DNA from: Thermoanaerobaculia bacterium
Lineage (GTDB): Bacteria; Acidobacteriota; Thermoanaerobaculia; Multivoradales; Multivoraceae
Direction: 5' to 3'
Length of the DNA stretch: 64,000 nucleotides
NCBI GenBank assembly: GCA_963664405.1
Contig: OY761158.1
Span: 3,520,001 to 3,584,000 of the forward strand
Shown one piece after another: positions 17,837-27,968 of this stretch. Position 1 is the first letter of the stretch. Each line of letters opens with the position of its first letter. The position numbers were made by a program, and so were the translations under genes. The notes under the pieces are model-generated. The model saw only the letters and a list, made by a program, of their open reading frames with translations. It did no database searches and was not told where the DNA came from.

Positions 17837-19375
17837 TTGGATCGAGTCCTCGTAGTCAACCGCGGTGAGATCGCGGTTCGGGTGGTCCGCGCACTAAGAG
17901 AGCTGAATATTCGCTCCGCCGTCGTGTACTCGACCGTTGATCGTGCCGAGCTTCCAGTGCTGCTGGCGGACGAGGCCTATTGGATCGGCGAGGCGTCGGC
18001 GAGCTCGAGTTACTTGAAGGCACAGGAGATCGTCGATCTGGCGAAAGAGATCGGCGCGGATGCCATCCACCCCGGCTATGGGTTCCTGTCTGAGAACGCG
18101 GCCTTCGCGGGCTCGTGCCAGGAGGCCGGTATCACCTTCATCGGCCCGACCCCCGAGGCCATCGCTTCTATGGGATCGAAGATCGAGAGCCGCCGTCTGG
18201 TTCGGGCTGCCGGCGTTCCAGTGGTTCCGGGCGGGGACGATTCCTTGCCTGACTTGACGGCGGCGGAGCGAGAGGCCGAGAAGATCGGTTATCCGGTGAT
18301 GCTCAAGGCAACCGCCGGCGGCGGCGGCAAGGGGATGCGCCTGGTCCGAAGCGCAGACCAGCTGGCGTCGGCATTCCGAGCCGCCCGCTCTGAGGCGGAG
18401 GCGAGTTTCGGTGACGATGCCGTCTACCTCGAGAAATTCGTCGAGGGCCCGCGCCACATAGAGATCCAGATTCTAGGCGACCTTGCCGGCAACGTGTTTT
18501 CGCTCGGCGAGCGGGAGTGCTCGCTCCAGCGCCGGCATCAGAAGGTCGTAGAAGAGGCACCCTCACCGATTATGACTTCGGAGCTTCGCCGCCGGATGGG
18601 TGAAGCGGCAGTCGATGCAGCTCGCTCGGTTGGCTATACCGGGGCCGGTACTGTGGAGTTCCTTCTGGACAGGCATGGCGACTTTTACTTTCTCGAGGTC
18701 AATACCAGACTTCAGGTCGAGCACCCGGTTACCGAGCTGGTGACAGGCGTCGATCTGGTGGAGGCTCAACTCCGCATCGCGCAAGGTGAGGATCTGGACC
18801 CCAATTGGGAAAGCATGTTGCCGAGCGGGCATGCGATCGAGGTTCGAGTCTACGCTGAGGATCCGTATCGTGGCTTCGCCCCGTCTCCTGGCACGATAGA
18901 CCTGCTCCGTTTGCCTGAGGGTCCCGGCGTTCGCAACGACTTCGGCGTGAGAGAAGGCTCCCAGGTGACGATCAACTACGATCCCATGCTCGGCAAACTG
19001 ATTGTATGGGGTCGAAATCGGGACCAGGCCCTGCGACGACTCGGAAGGGCGCTGCACGAGCTGCGAATCGAAGGTGTTCAAACGACGGCCTCCCTGTACA
19101 GGGAGTTGCTGCGAGACCCCGACTTTTGTGCGGGGCGACTGGACATTGAAATGTTGGAGCGCAAGATTCAGAGTGGCGAGCTCGACCCGACGCCGGGCGA
19201 CCAGGGTCTCCCGCTCGGAGCCATCGCGGCTGCAATCGAGCATTTCGAGCGGGTTACGCAGAGAGCGGTTTCGTTTCCCGCCGGCCGCGAAGGCAGCTCT
19301 GTGAGCGGTAGCCGCTTGCGCTGGCGTGAGCAGGCTCGCCGTGAGGCATTGAGGGGTGGCTCGTGGAGCTTGTGA
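17837..19375 (+). CDS. accC: Acyl-CoA carboxylase biotin carboxylase subunit
   Basis: NRGEIAVR, IHPGYGFLSEN, GGGGKGMR, RECSLQRRHQK, EVNTRLQVEHPVTE and YDPMLGKL. TTG start follows GAGGAGGAG. Confidence 0.93.
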   Translation: MDRVLVVNRGEIAVRVVRALRELNIRSAVVYSTVDRAELPVLLADEAYWIGEASASSSYLKAQEIVDLAKEIGADAIHPGYGFLSENAAFAGSCQEAGITFIGPTPEAIASMGSKIESRRLVRAAGVPVVPGGDDSLPDLTAAEREAEKIGYPVMLKATAGGGGKGMRLVRSADQLASAFRAARSEAEASFGDDAVYLEKFVEGPRHIEIQILGDLAGNVFSLGERECSLQRRHQKVVEEAPSPIMTSELRRRMGEAAVDAARSVGYTGAGTVEFLLDRHGDFYFLEVNTRLQVEHPVTELVTGVDLVEAQLRIAQGEDLDPNWESMLPSGHAIEVRVYAEDPYRGFAPSPGTIDLLRLPEGPGVRNDFGVREGSQVTINYDPMLGKLIVWGRNRDQALRRLGRALHELRIEGVQTTASLYRELLRDPDFCAGRLDIEMLERKIQSGELDPTPGDQGLPLGAIAAAIEHFERVTQRAVSFPAGREGSSVSGSRLRWREQARREALRGGSWSL

Positions 19376-19869
19376 TCCTCGACCGTGGCGTCGAGCGGCA
19401 CGTTCTCATCGAGCGAGTGAGGGGCGGCTATCGAGTAGAAGTCGATGGGGTGAGTCACGAGGTGGATCAGGCGCGGGCTGGAGGCCGCCTTCGCAGTCTC
19501 CTAATCGAGGGGCGCCAGCATGAGGTTTCGGTTCTCTCCGACGGGAATGGTCGCTATCGTGTAGTCGGGACCGCAGGTGAAGAGGTACTCGAGGTGCGCG
19601 ACCCCCTTACCCATTTGGCTCAGGCAGGAGCCGACGCGGCAGCTACCGGGGTCAAGGCCGTCACCGCCTACATGCCAGGGCGAGTGGTCGCGCTCCTGGT
19701 GAGCGAGGGGGACTTGGTCGAAGCGGGGCAAGGAGTCCTGGTTCTCGAAGCCATGAAGATGGAGAACGAGATCCGCAGCGAGGTGGCCGGGGTGGTATCG
19801 CAGATCCTGGTTGAGCCAGGTCAGTCGGTCGAGGGAGGAGACCCTCTCTTCGAGATCAACGACGACTGA
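19363..19869 (+). CDS. Biotin carboxyl carrier protein with N-terminal extension
   Basis: AYMPGRV and the biotinylation motif LEAMKMENE. Confidence 0.9.
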   Translation: MELVILDRGVERHVLIERVRGGYRVEVDGVSHEVDQARAGGRLRSLLIEGRQHEVSVLSDGNGRYRVVGTAGEEVLEVRDPLTHLAQAGADAAATGVKAVTAYMPGRVVALLVSEGDLVEAGQGVLVLEAMKMENEIRSEVAGVVSQILVEPGQSVEGGDPLFEINDD

Positions 19870-20876
19870 TCGAGCCACTTCCAGAAGCTCTCTTGCGGAG
19901 TCGCCCTGACTCGCACCTCGACCGGTAGCTTTTTGAGCCGATCCTTCAACTTCGGAAGGTCCTTCGAGGTGACGACCAATATTTCTGTGTGTGCCCGCCG
20001 CAGGGCCCGCTCCACCTTCGCGAGGCTGCTCTGGGGGAAGGAGTGATGGTCGCCGAAGCGTAGGTGCTTTACGACATCTACGCCGAGGCTTTGGACAGTT
20101 TCCGCGACTCGCTCGGGCCGCGCCACGCCGGTAGCTAGGACAACTCGGGTTCCTGCGGACAAGGCGGGCTCGAGCTCGGCGGCCAACCCGGCGGCGAAGG
20201 CGGCACCTCGAAACCCTAGTGGGCGAAGATGGTTGGAGAAATCCTCGCGGTCGCTTTCAGTCACCGGGTTCGCGCCGGTGAGAACCGCCACGTCGGCGTG
20301 GGCGACGGCCTCCAGAGGCTCTCGCAGATCTCCGAATGGGAGGAGCCGCCCCGTTCCCCAGGGTCGGGTCGCTGGGAAGACGAGGAGGTCGACGTCCCGA
20401 GCGAGACGGAGATGTGAGAAGCCGTCGTCGAGCACGAAGACCCCTGGAGTCGGCGACAGTTGCTGCAGCGCCTCTAGGCCGGCTAGAAAGCGGTCCTCCC
20501 CGACCACCACCGGCACCCCCGGAACCAGCTCCGCAAGCATGGCCGGTTCGTCTCCGATGTCCCTGGGGTCGCCGCTCGGCCCTTCTCCAACCGAGGCGAT
20601 TCGGAACCCTGAGGTTCTACGACCGTAGCCCCGTGAAAGCACGGCGGGGCGCTTTCCGGCTTCTCTCAAGTGAGTGGCGATGGCGGCGACCATTGGGGTC
20701 TTGCCACTGCCGCCCAGGTGCAGGTTGCCGACCGAGAGGACGGGCACTGGCAGCCTCCTCGAGTGCTGCCGGTACCAGCTCCTTCGACGTTTGAGTAAGC
20801 CGCCTAACAGCAGTTTCCATGGAGAAAAGGAGTCCGGCGGTGGTTCGACGCCGCTGCCGCCAGTCGGTTGGCTCAC
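19821..20876 (-). CDS. lpxK: Tetraacyldisaccharide 4'-kinase
   Basis: SVGNLHLGGSGKTP, LSRGYG, GDEP, LDDGFSH, LREP, FGDHH and TSKD. Confidence 0.92.
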   Translation of the reverse strand: MSQPTGGSGVEPPPDSFSPWKLLLGGLLKRRRSWYRQHSRRLPVPVLSVGNLHLGGSGKTPMVAAIATHLREAGKRPAVLSRGYGRRTSGFRIASVGEGPSGDPRDIGDEPAMLAELVPGVPVVVGEDRFLAGLEALQQLSPTPGVFVLDDGFSHLRLARDVDLLVFPATRPWGTGRLLPFGDLREPLEAVAHADVAVLTGANPVTESDREDFSNHLRPLGFRGAAFAAGLAAELEPALSAGTRVVLATGVARPERVAETVQSLGVDVVKHLRFGDHHSFPQSSLAKVERALRRAHTEILVVTSKDLPKLKDRLKKLPVEVRVRATPQESFWKWLDQSSLISKRGSPPSTD

Positions 20877-22138
20877 GACTCCAGATCCCCGAGCAGGGGG
20901 CCCAGTAGCGCCAAAGTACGATCGACGGCTCCCCTATTCGCTTCCACGATCGCGGCGGCTTCTGCTCCCATTGCCCTCGCAGATTCTGGATGGTCCAAGA
21001 ATTCGAGCCAGGACGAGGCCAGCTGTGTGGGGTCCAGTACTCGACGCCAAGCCTTGCGAGCGTCTAGTAGCGTCTCGATCTCGCGAAAGTTCTCCATCGA
21101 GGGGCCGGCGGCGATGGGAACGCCGAAGCGTGCCGCTTCCAGAGGATTGTGCCCTCCGGTGGAAACCAGGGTCCCGCCGACAAAGGCGCCGCTGGCAAGA
21201 CGGTAGAGGGGTGAGAGCTCGCCGAGGGTGTCCAGTAAGACGGCGGAAGGCGGCTCGGTGGAGACCGTCCCGCGATCGCCGAGCTGGCTGCGGCGCACGC
21301 TTCGGACTCCCATCTCGGTGAGAAGCTGGTCGACCTCATCACATCTTTCGGGATGGCGTGGCGCTATGACCAGAGTTGCCCGCTCCAGTCCCACTTGCTT
21401 GAAGGCTTCAATCACCAGCTGTTCTTCGCCGGGCATAGTCGATCCTGCAACGAGAATGGGGCGCGACCCAGCCAGCTCTCTGATCTGTTCTTCAAGCTGG
21501 GTGAGGTTGGGGGGATCCGGTGTGTCGAATTTGAGATTGCCAACCGTCTGGACTTTCTCGGCGCCAACGCCGAGATAGAGGAGGCGCTGCTCATCCTCTC
21601 GACTCTGCGCGGCAAACAAGTCGACAGGGCCGAATAGCGGTCTCAGGATGCACCGCAGCCTTCTCAGCCGCCGAAAGTTGCGCCCACTGATGCGGCAGTT
21701 GGCGACCGCGATGGGTAGCGACCGGCGCTCGCAGTGGCTTAGCACCAACGGCCACAGATCCCCTTCGATGATCACCAGGGCGGTAGGGGTGAAGGTGTCG
21801 AAGAAGCGACGGATGGGGAAGCCGAGATCGAAGGGAAAGTAAGCTACATCGGCGCGGTCGCCGAGAGTACGCCGCGCAACCTCCTGGCCGGTTGGAGTGA
21901 CCGTCGTCACGACGAGGCGAAGAGTCTTCGGAAGAGCCCGTATCAGCGTGTTGGCAACCCCCACCTCGCCGACCGAGACTGCGTGCACCCACAGTCTCGG
22001 CTGGCGCTCTACGGCTCGATACTTGCCCAGCCGGCCGGATAGGGTTGGCAGGTAGTGGGAGCTCCGGGTCAGTAGAAGGACCGGCGCGGCTAGGCCCAGT
22101 AGCAGAGCCATCAGAGCCTGGTAAAGGAGCCATGCCAT
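20873..22138 (-). CDS. waaA: 3-deoxy-D-manno-octulosonic acid transferase
   Basis: WVHAVSVGE, GNLKFD, VAGST, APRHPER, DTLGEL and GGHNPLE. Confidence 0.93.
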   Translation of the reverse strand: MAWLLYQALMALLLGLAAPVLLLTRSSHYLPTLSGRLGKYRAVERQPRLWVHAVSVGEVGVANTLIRALPKTLRLVVTTVTPTGQEVARRTLGDRADVAYFPFDLGFPIRRFFDTFTPTALVIIEGDLWPLVLSHCERRSLPIAVANCRISGRNFRRLRRLRCILRPLFGPVDLFAAQSREDEQRLLYLGVGAEKVQTVGNLKFDTPDPPNLTQLEEQIRELAGSRPILVAGSTMPGEEQLVIEAFKQVGLERATLVIAPRHPERCDEVDQLLTEMGVRSVRRSQLGDRGTVSTEPPSAVLLDTLGELSPLYRLASGAFVGGTLVSTGGHNPLEAARFGVPIAAGPSMENFREIETLLDARKAWRRVLDPTQLASSWLEFLDHPESARAMGAEAAAIVEANRGAVDRTLALLGPLLGDLES

Positions 22139-22281
22139 ACCTGATGCGCAGTATAATTGGATCCCTGAGCCCTTCCGGCGGGGCCATGTTATCCAGCCGG
22201 AGGGAATGATGGCGATCATTTCCGGAAGTCATGGGCGGTCTCGGACGGATTGGACGTCGGCCGCTCGACAGGCGTATAAGC

Positions 22282-22941
22282 ATGCGGAGAGAGAAATTGC
22301 CCCGACTCGCCTATTCAGAATCGACTGCACGTGCGACTTGCGCCGAAAAGGACGACCGCGCTCTGATGTTGGAGATGCGGGGCGGGGATGAGCTCGCCTT
22401 GGATGAGCTCATGACTCGCAAGACCCAGCCCCTGGTCCAGTATGTCTTTCGCATGCTCGGCGACCTGGAGGAAGCTCGGGACGTCACGCAGCTGACCTTC
22501 TTCAAGGTTTGGCAGAAGCGTTGCGACTACAACCCCCGCTTTACGCCCAATACGTGGATCTACAGGATCGCGACCAACCTTTCCATCGATCTCCTCCGCT
22601 CTCGCCGGAGTCGAATGGCGAGCAATGATTCCCTGAGCCACCACTTCAGACAGGTGGGGCTGCGCCAGCTCAACAAAGAGGCCACTCGGTTGACCAAGGA
22701 CGAGATCCACTCGATCTTTCTGAAACTCGCCGATACCCTGACAGCGAAGCAGCGCGTCATTTTCATCCTTCGCGAAGTCGAGGGGCGCTCCTCTGGCGAG
22801 GTAGCCCAGATTCTCGGTTGCCGTGAGTCGACGATTCGAAACCACCTCTTCAACGCCCGCAAGGTGCTACGCGGAGAGCTGATGCGCCTGCATCCCGAGT
22901 ACGTGCCCGAACACCTTCGCGACGCCGAGGTGAAGTCGTGA
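22282..22941 (+). CDS. ECF RNA polymerase sigma factor
   Basis: Region 2 (EEARDVTQLTFFKVW, TWIYRIATNLSIDLLR) and region 4 (LREVEGRSSGEVAQILG..STIRNHLFNAR). Start is 22231 or 22282. Confidence 0.92.
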   Translation: MRREKLPRLAYSESTARATCAEKDDRALMLEMRGGDELALDELMTRKTQPLVQYVFRMLGDLEEARDVTQLTFFKVWQKRCDYNPRFTPNTWIYRIATNLSIDLLRSRRSRMASNDSLSHHFRQVGLRQLNKEATRLTKDEIHSIFLKLADTLTAKQRVIFILREVEGRSSGEVAQILGCRESTIRNHLFNARKVLRGELMRLHPEYVPEHLRDAEVKS

Positions 22942-23438
22942 CGAGGTGTGCTGAGGCTCTAGCGACTCTGAGGGCGGAGAATAGCTGCGAGGAATCGAGA
23001 GACGCGGCCCTCTCTCATACCGACAGCTGCGATGAGTGCCGAAGTGTCGCTCTCGAGCTAGACCCACTCGTTCTCTTTCGTCAGCTACCCCGAGTGGAGC
23101 TCGCCGCGAGCGAGTTGCCTGAGGTCCTCTCGGCGGTGCGAAAGATGCGGCTCCGGCCGAGCTACGCGCCGGATCGGCGGACGCCAAGGGTGGTCTGGTT
23201 GAGTGCCGCACTGATCCTGCTCTGTCTGGGCGTTGTGCTGCAGCCGTCTCTGCCACTGGCAGTGCCTGACAACGAAGACGAGCATCAGGCCGTAGTGGAA
23301 CCTGTATCAGTATCGGATCCTATTGCCTTCGGGTACTTGCCCTCCGTGGAGGCGCTCGAGCCGGCATCCGTATATGTTGCGACTCAGATCGCTGAGGACG
23401 ACCTGACACTCGTCGTTCTGGCGAACGTAGACGTCTAG
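22938..23438 (+). CDS. Putative zinc-binding (HxxxCxxC) transmembrane anti-sigma factor
   Basis: HTDSCDEC motif and a single TM helix. Start overlaps the sigma stop (GTGA). Confidence 0.7.
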   Translation: MTRCAEALATLRAENSCEESRDAALSHTDSCDECRSVALELDPLVLFRQLPRVELAASELPEVLSAVRKMRLRPSYAPDRRTPRVVWLSAALILLCLGVVLQPSLPLAVPDNEDEHQAVVEPVSVSDPIAFGYLPSVEALEPASVYVATQIAEDDLTLVVLANVDV

Positions 23439-24155
23439 GTGGTCATGGCGCGCGGCTGCATTACTTCCGTCTTCGCATTGGTCTGCTTGGCCGTCGCAGG
23501 TGTCGCCGTGGCCCAAGCGCCGCGCCCGGAAGACGACCCTCTCAAGGTCCATGTCTTCACCTTCGAGCATCAGTCCTCAGAGGATGCTCTTGGAGAGATC
23601 CGGCCCCTCTTTTCCGACCAGGGGACCCTCGAGCTCGGCCCATCGCAAGACACCGTCGTATTGCGCGATCACTCCGGGGAGCTCGAGACCATATTGCGCG
23701 CGCTGCGCGACTTCGATCACCCGCGCCAACAGATACGGCTGGAAGTGCAGCTGCTGAAGGCGTATCGCTCGCCCTTCTCGCCGATTCGCGCCGCAGACGG
23801 TGTCTCGAAAGAGCTTGTGTCAAGGCTCACCTCGATGCTGCGATACGACGGCTACGAGAGTCTCTCAGAGGCCGGCTTTCTCAGCCGCGAGGGAGAAGAG
23901 GTTGCGTACGACTTCGGCGACGATCTCAGTCTCGACTTCCGGATCGGCACCATTGTCCAACAGGACCGCCTCGCTCTGAAAGAGTTCCGCGTGCGTCGGC
24001 CGAGCGATTCGGGAGAGTGGGTCGCCGTGCTGCGGGCCAACCTGGTTCTCCGACTCGGCCAGACACTGGCGCTGGTGCTGCTCCGCGATGAGACTGCGGC
24101 GAGCGCAATCGTCATCGCGGTCACCTGCCATCGCGTAGCCAGCCAAGGCGAGTGA
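23439..24155 (+). CDS. Exported protein with a secretin N-domain-like segment
   Basis: Signal peptide (..VAVA), then VHVFTFEHQS..IRPLFSDQG..TVVLRD..LRDFDHPRQQIRLEVQL, resembling the secretin N3 domain and junction. No full beta-barrel. Confidence 0.55.
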   Translation: MVMARGCITSVFALVCLAVAGVAVAQAPRPEDDPLKVHVFTFEHQSSEDALGEIRPLFSDQGTLELGPSQDTVVLRDHSGELETILRALRDFDHPRQQIRLEVQLLKAYRSPFSPIRAADGVSKELVSRLTSMLRYDGYESLSEAGFLSREGEEVAYDFGDDLSLDFRIGTIVQQDRLALKEFRVRRPSDSGEWVAVLRANLVLRLGQTLALVLLRDETAASAIVIAVTCHRVASQGE

Positions 24156-24156
24156 C

Positions 24157-25362
24157 ATGCACTTCGTCTGTAGACTGGGAACGCCCGAGGGACGGGTCGT
24201 CGAAGAGATTCACGAGTCCCAGGACCGCGGGAGTCTGTTAAAAGAGCTCGAGCGGCGGGGCTACTACGTCTTTGGCCTGCGGCAACGAGGTCTTTCGCTT
24301 GCCGGTCTCTTCTCTTCTGGTCATCGCAAGGTGTCGAAGAGGGACTTCCTGATTTACAACCGGGAGCTGGCTGCGTTGCTCCGCGCCGGTCTTCCCCTGC
24401 TCCAGGCTCTCGACTTGATGCTCGAGCGCAACAGCAACCCCCGCTTCGGGTCGCTCTTGCGGGAAGTGCGAGAAAGAGTCAAGGGCGGTGAGGATCTGTC
24501 GGAGGCCTTCGCCCACTTTGGTGATGTCTTTCCCCCTCTTTACGCCGCCACACTCAAGGCTGGAGAGCGCAGCGGCGAGCTCGAGCAGGTCATTCGGCGA
24601 TTCATTCGCTACCTGCGCGTGGTCATGGTGGCTCGTCGGAAGGCGATTACGGCACTGGTCTACCCTCTCGTTCTGCTCGTTCTTTCGATGATCATGGTGG
24701 CCGTCATGGCGCTCTACGTCATTCCTCGCTTCGAGGACTTCTACGACGGGCTCGAAGTCGAGCTGCCGGCCCTCACCAGTACCGTGCTTGCAACCTCTCT
24801 TTTTGTACGGCAAAACGTTCTGTGGTTGTTGCTCGGTTCTTGCGCGATCGGCTTTGGCTTCTACCGCTGGGCGGTCACGCCGGCCGGGCGTTATCTCGTC
24901 GACCGACTCAAGCTGCGGCTCCCGGTTGTGGGCCCTATCCTGCACCGCTTCGCCCTGTCTGAGTACTGCCGGTCACTGGCAACATTGCTGTCGGGAGGCA
25001 TACCGCTGGTGTCTGCCTTGGGTGTCGGCACGGGAGCTGTCGGCAATCACTATGTTCGTCGTCGTCTCGAGCCCGCGATCGGCCTGATCCGCGAGGGTAA
25101 CTCCTTCCACGACACTCTGGACAAGAGCGGCGTTGTGACCGACATCACGATCGACATGGTGAAGGTGGGAGAGTCGACAGGCGCTCTCGCAGAAATGCTC
25201 GGCGAGGTCTCTGATTTTCTGGATGAGGAAGTCGAGATGCGCCTGGAAAGGATGTTGGCGCTGATCGAGCCGCTGATGCTCGTGTTGATGGGCGGTGTTG
25301 TTGCCGTGCTCTTGCTCGCCATGTATCTCCCCATGTTCTCTGCCTGGGAGGATATGGCCTGA
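24157..25362 (+). CDS. pilC: PilC/GspF family inner membrane platform protein
   Basis: LLRAGLPLLQAL, AGERSGEL, ALVYP, VGESTGAL, LIEP and MYLPMF. Confidence 0.92.
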   Translation: MHFVCRLGTPEGRVVEEIHESQDRGSLLKELERRGYYVFGLRQRGLSLAGLFSSGHRKVSKRDFLIYNRELAALLRAGLPLLQALDLMLERNSNPRFGSLLREVRERVKGGEDLSEAFAHFGDVFPPLYAATLKAGERSGELEQVIRRFIRYLRVVMVARRKAITALVYPLVLLVLSMIMVAVMALYVIPRFEDFYDGLEVELPALTSTVLATSLFVRQNVLWLLLGSCAIGFGFYRWAVTPAGRYLVDRLKLRLPVVGPILHRFALSEYCRSLATLLSGGIPLVSALGVGTGAVGNHYVRRRLEPAIGLIREGNSFHDTLDKSGVVTDITIDMVKVGESTGALAEMLGEVSDFLDEEVEMRLERMLALIEPLMLVLMGGVVAVLLLAMYLPMFSAWEDMA

Positions 25363-25381
25363 CTGGACTCGGCCTGCTGTG

Positions 25382-27031
25382 ATGCAAGAAGAGAATTTCG
25401 ACCCGGCCGCGCAGTTGCAGGAGCTTCGTCTCTCCGAACAGGGCAATCCTCCCGGCGAGGGAGAAGAGGTAGCCCGCGAGCTGTCGCTGGCCCTCGGCCT
25501 CGAGTTCGTCGATCTTCGTGAGTTCCGGATCAATAGCGACCTGTTCAGAAGAATTCCTTTCGATCTGATGCTTCGCTACAGTTTTCTGCCCCAAGAGCAG
25601 CTCGAGGGACGGCTTGCCCTGGTCATGGCGGACCCTGGAAACGTCTTGAGGCTCGACGAGTTGGAGCTCTTATTGGGACAACCGGTCGAAGCTCGTGTGG
25701 GCGCTCGGGAGCTTATCGAGGGGATTCTCGAGAAGTCGGAGAGCTCCCAGCGAGTCCTGGACGAGGCCACCGAAGGCTTTCGTCTGCAGCTGGTTCAAGA
25801 GGACGACGATGGGGAAGAAGTTCTCTCGATCGACCGTATTACGGCCGACACCAGCCCCATCATCAAGCTTGTCGACTCGACCATCTTCAATGCAATCCAA
25901 CGGCGTGCGAGCGACATCCATATCGAGACGCTCGACACCGAGGTGGTTATCAAATACCGCATCGATGGGGCGCTATACCAAGCTATGGAGGCGATCGACA
26001 AGCGTCATCATCAGACCATTATCAGCCGCATCAAGGTGATGGCCGAGTTGGACATCGCGGAGAAGCGAATCCCCCAGGACGGACGCTTCAAGCTCCGCCT
26101 GCGAGGACGCACCATCGATTTCAGAGTCTCGATCATGCCCTCTGTTCACGGTGAAGATTGCGTGATCCGCATTCTCGACAAGGAGTCGATGAGTCGTGAG
26201 TTCCAGAGTCTTCGGCTTGACATCCTAGGGATCGACTCCGACACACTGCTGAAGATTCGAAAGTTCATCCACGAGCCCTACGGCATGGTGCTCGTGACCG
26301 GGCCTACCGGCTCCGGAAAAACCACTACTTTGTACGCCTGCCTTGCCGAGATCCAGTCGCCGGACGACAAGATCATCACGATCGAAGATCCCGTTGAGTA
26401 TCAGCTGCGGGGGATCAGCCAGATCCCGGTCAACGAGAAGAAGGGTCTCACTTTCGCACGTGGCTTGCGGTCCATTCTCCGTCACGATCCGGACAAGATC
26501 ATGGTCGGAGAGATCCGCGACGAGGAGACCGCCCACATCGCGATCCAATCCGCCTTGACCGGCCACCTCGTTTTCACGACCGTACACGCGAACAACGTCT
26601 TCGACGTGCTTGGACGGTTTCTGAACATGAAGGTAGACCTCTACAACTTCGTCTCGGCGCTGAACTGCGTGCTCGCCCAGCGTCTCGTTCGAGAGATCTG
26701 CTCCAACTGCAAGGTTGCGGTATCGGCGGACGCGCAGCTGCTCATCGAGAGTGGTCTAGATCCCCAGGTATACGGGGATTTTGTTTTCCATGAGGGCCGC
26801 GGCTGCATCGAGTGCGACGGAACCGGCTTCTTCGGACGAACTGCGGTCTCCGAGCTGTTGGACCTCTCGGACCACATCCGAGAGCTGATCCTCGAACGGC
26901 GGCCGGCGTCGGAGATCAAGCGGGCGGCAATGGAGGAAGACATGACCTTCCTTCGCGAGTCCGCTCTGCAGAAGGTAATGCAGGGAGTGACAACTCTTCG
27001 TGAGATCAACAAAGTCACCTTCGTGGACTAA
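25382..27031 (+). CDS. pilB: PilB/GspE family assembly ATPase
   Basis: RASDIHIE, LDIAEKRIPQDGR, GPTGSGKTTTLY, TIEDPVE, LRHDPDKIMVGEIRD, TGHLVFTTVHAN and a CxxC..CxxC zinc motif. Confidence 0.93.
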   Translation: MQEENFDPAAQLQELRLSEQGNPPGEGEEVARELSLALGLEFVDLREFRINSDLFRRIPFDLMLRYSFLPQEQLEGRLALVMADPGNVLRLDELELLLGQPVEARVGARELIEGILEKSESSQRVLDEATEGFRLQLVQEDDDGEEVLSIDRITADTSPIIKLVDSTIFNAIQRRASDIHIETLDTEVVIKYRIDGALYQAMEAIDKRHHQTIISRIKVMAELDIAEKRIPQDGRFKLRLRGRTIDFRVSIMPSVHGEDCVIRILDKESMSREFQSLRLDILGIDSDTLLKIRKFIHEPYGMVLVTGPTGSGKTTTLYACLAEIQSPDDKIITIEDPVEYQLRGISQIPVNEKKGLTFARGLRSILRHDPDKIMVGEIRDEETAHIAIQSALTGHLVFTTVHANNVFDVLGRFLNMKVDLYNFVSALNCVLAQRLVREICSNCKVAVSADAQLLIESGLDPQVYGDFVFHEGRGCIECDGTGFFGRTAVSELLDLSDHIRELILERRPASEIKRAAMEEDMTFLRESALQKVMQGVTTLREINKVTFVD

Positions 27032-27968
27032 GCGGCTGCTTGGCCTGGCACCGGTCGCTGTGCCGCCTCATGTGTTCGAGGTGAATAGCGAGCGGCTGCG
27101 CTTCGCGAGCTTTCCGCGCACCAACGGCGGCTGGCAGATGGGCGAGTTGGCCGAGGTGGAGCTCCCTGACAATGCCTTTCAATCCGGGCCCTTAGGCGGA
27201 CCCCTCAGGACTCCTGAAGTCTTCGAGCGCGTATTGAGCGAGCTCCTGGAGCAGGTTGGCGAGCCCGTGTCTCGGGCGTCGTTAGTGGTTCCCGACCGTT
27301 GGCTGCGGCTCCTCTTCACGGAGTTGGAGGAGGCGCCCGGCGAGATCACCGATGAAGTCTTCCGCTTCAAACTGCGCAAGCTCGTTCCTTTCAAGGTTGA
27401 GGATTTACGGGTCGGTGGCCTGGAGTTGGAAGCCTTGCCCGCGCGGCCCGGCAAAGGGCGTGCCCTGATGGCGTTCGCCGTCGAACAGCTACTCGCTGAG
27501 ATCGAGAACGCATTCGAGGCTCGAGGGATCCGAATTGGCCAGATTGCGAGCCGCACTCTCTATTTGTCGTCGTATCTGTCTGACGATTACGAAGATTCCC
27601 TGATTGCGCTGGTCGAGGGAGACGACTACAGCCTCCTTTTTATGAGCGAAGGGGTTCCGGTCTTGGTGCGCTATCGCACTTTCCCGCTGGCGGCCGACGA
27701 TACGGCCAGCGCCGAACATGTTGCCCGCGACCTCCGCCTCATTCGCAGCTACCTGACCGAGAATCTGCCGGATCGCAGGTTCTCCGATGGGCTTGTCTGT
27801 GGACCGGCCGAGACGGCTAGCGCTTGGGTCGAGCTGCTCGAGGAGGGTTTCGGGCTGAAGGCGCGGGTCCTTGGAGAGAGCGATGCGGATCTAGGCTCGG
27901 CCCCCCCCGGTATGCCCTGGCACCAGTTATTGCCCCTGTTCGCGGCAGCGACCCAGGAGGTTCTTTGA
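27000..27968 (+). CDS. PilM-like cytoplasmic assembly protein
   Basis: Follows the ATPase. Actin-like motifs ASLVVPD and FKLRKLVPF. Start is uncertain. Confidence 0.6.
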   Translation: MRSTKSPSWTKRLLGLAPVAVPPHVFEVNSERLRFASFPRTNGGWQMGELAEVELPDNAFQSGPLGGPLRTPEVFERVLSELLEQVGEPVSRASLVVPDRWLRLLFTELEEAPGEITDEVFRFKLRKLVPFKVEDLRVGGLELEALPARPGKGRALMAFAVEQLLAEIENAFEARGIRIGQIASRTLYLSSYLSDDYEDSLIALVEGDDYSLLFMSEGVPVLVRYRTFPLAADDTASAEHVARDLRLIRSYLTENLPDRRFSDGLVCGPAETASAWVELLEEGFGLKARVLGESDADLGSAPPGMPWHQLLPLFAAATQEVL

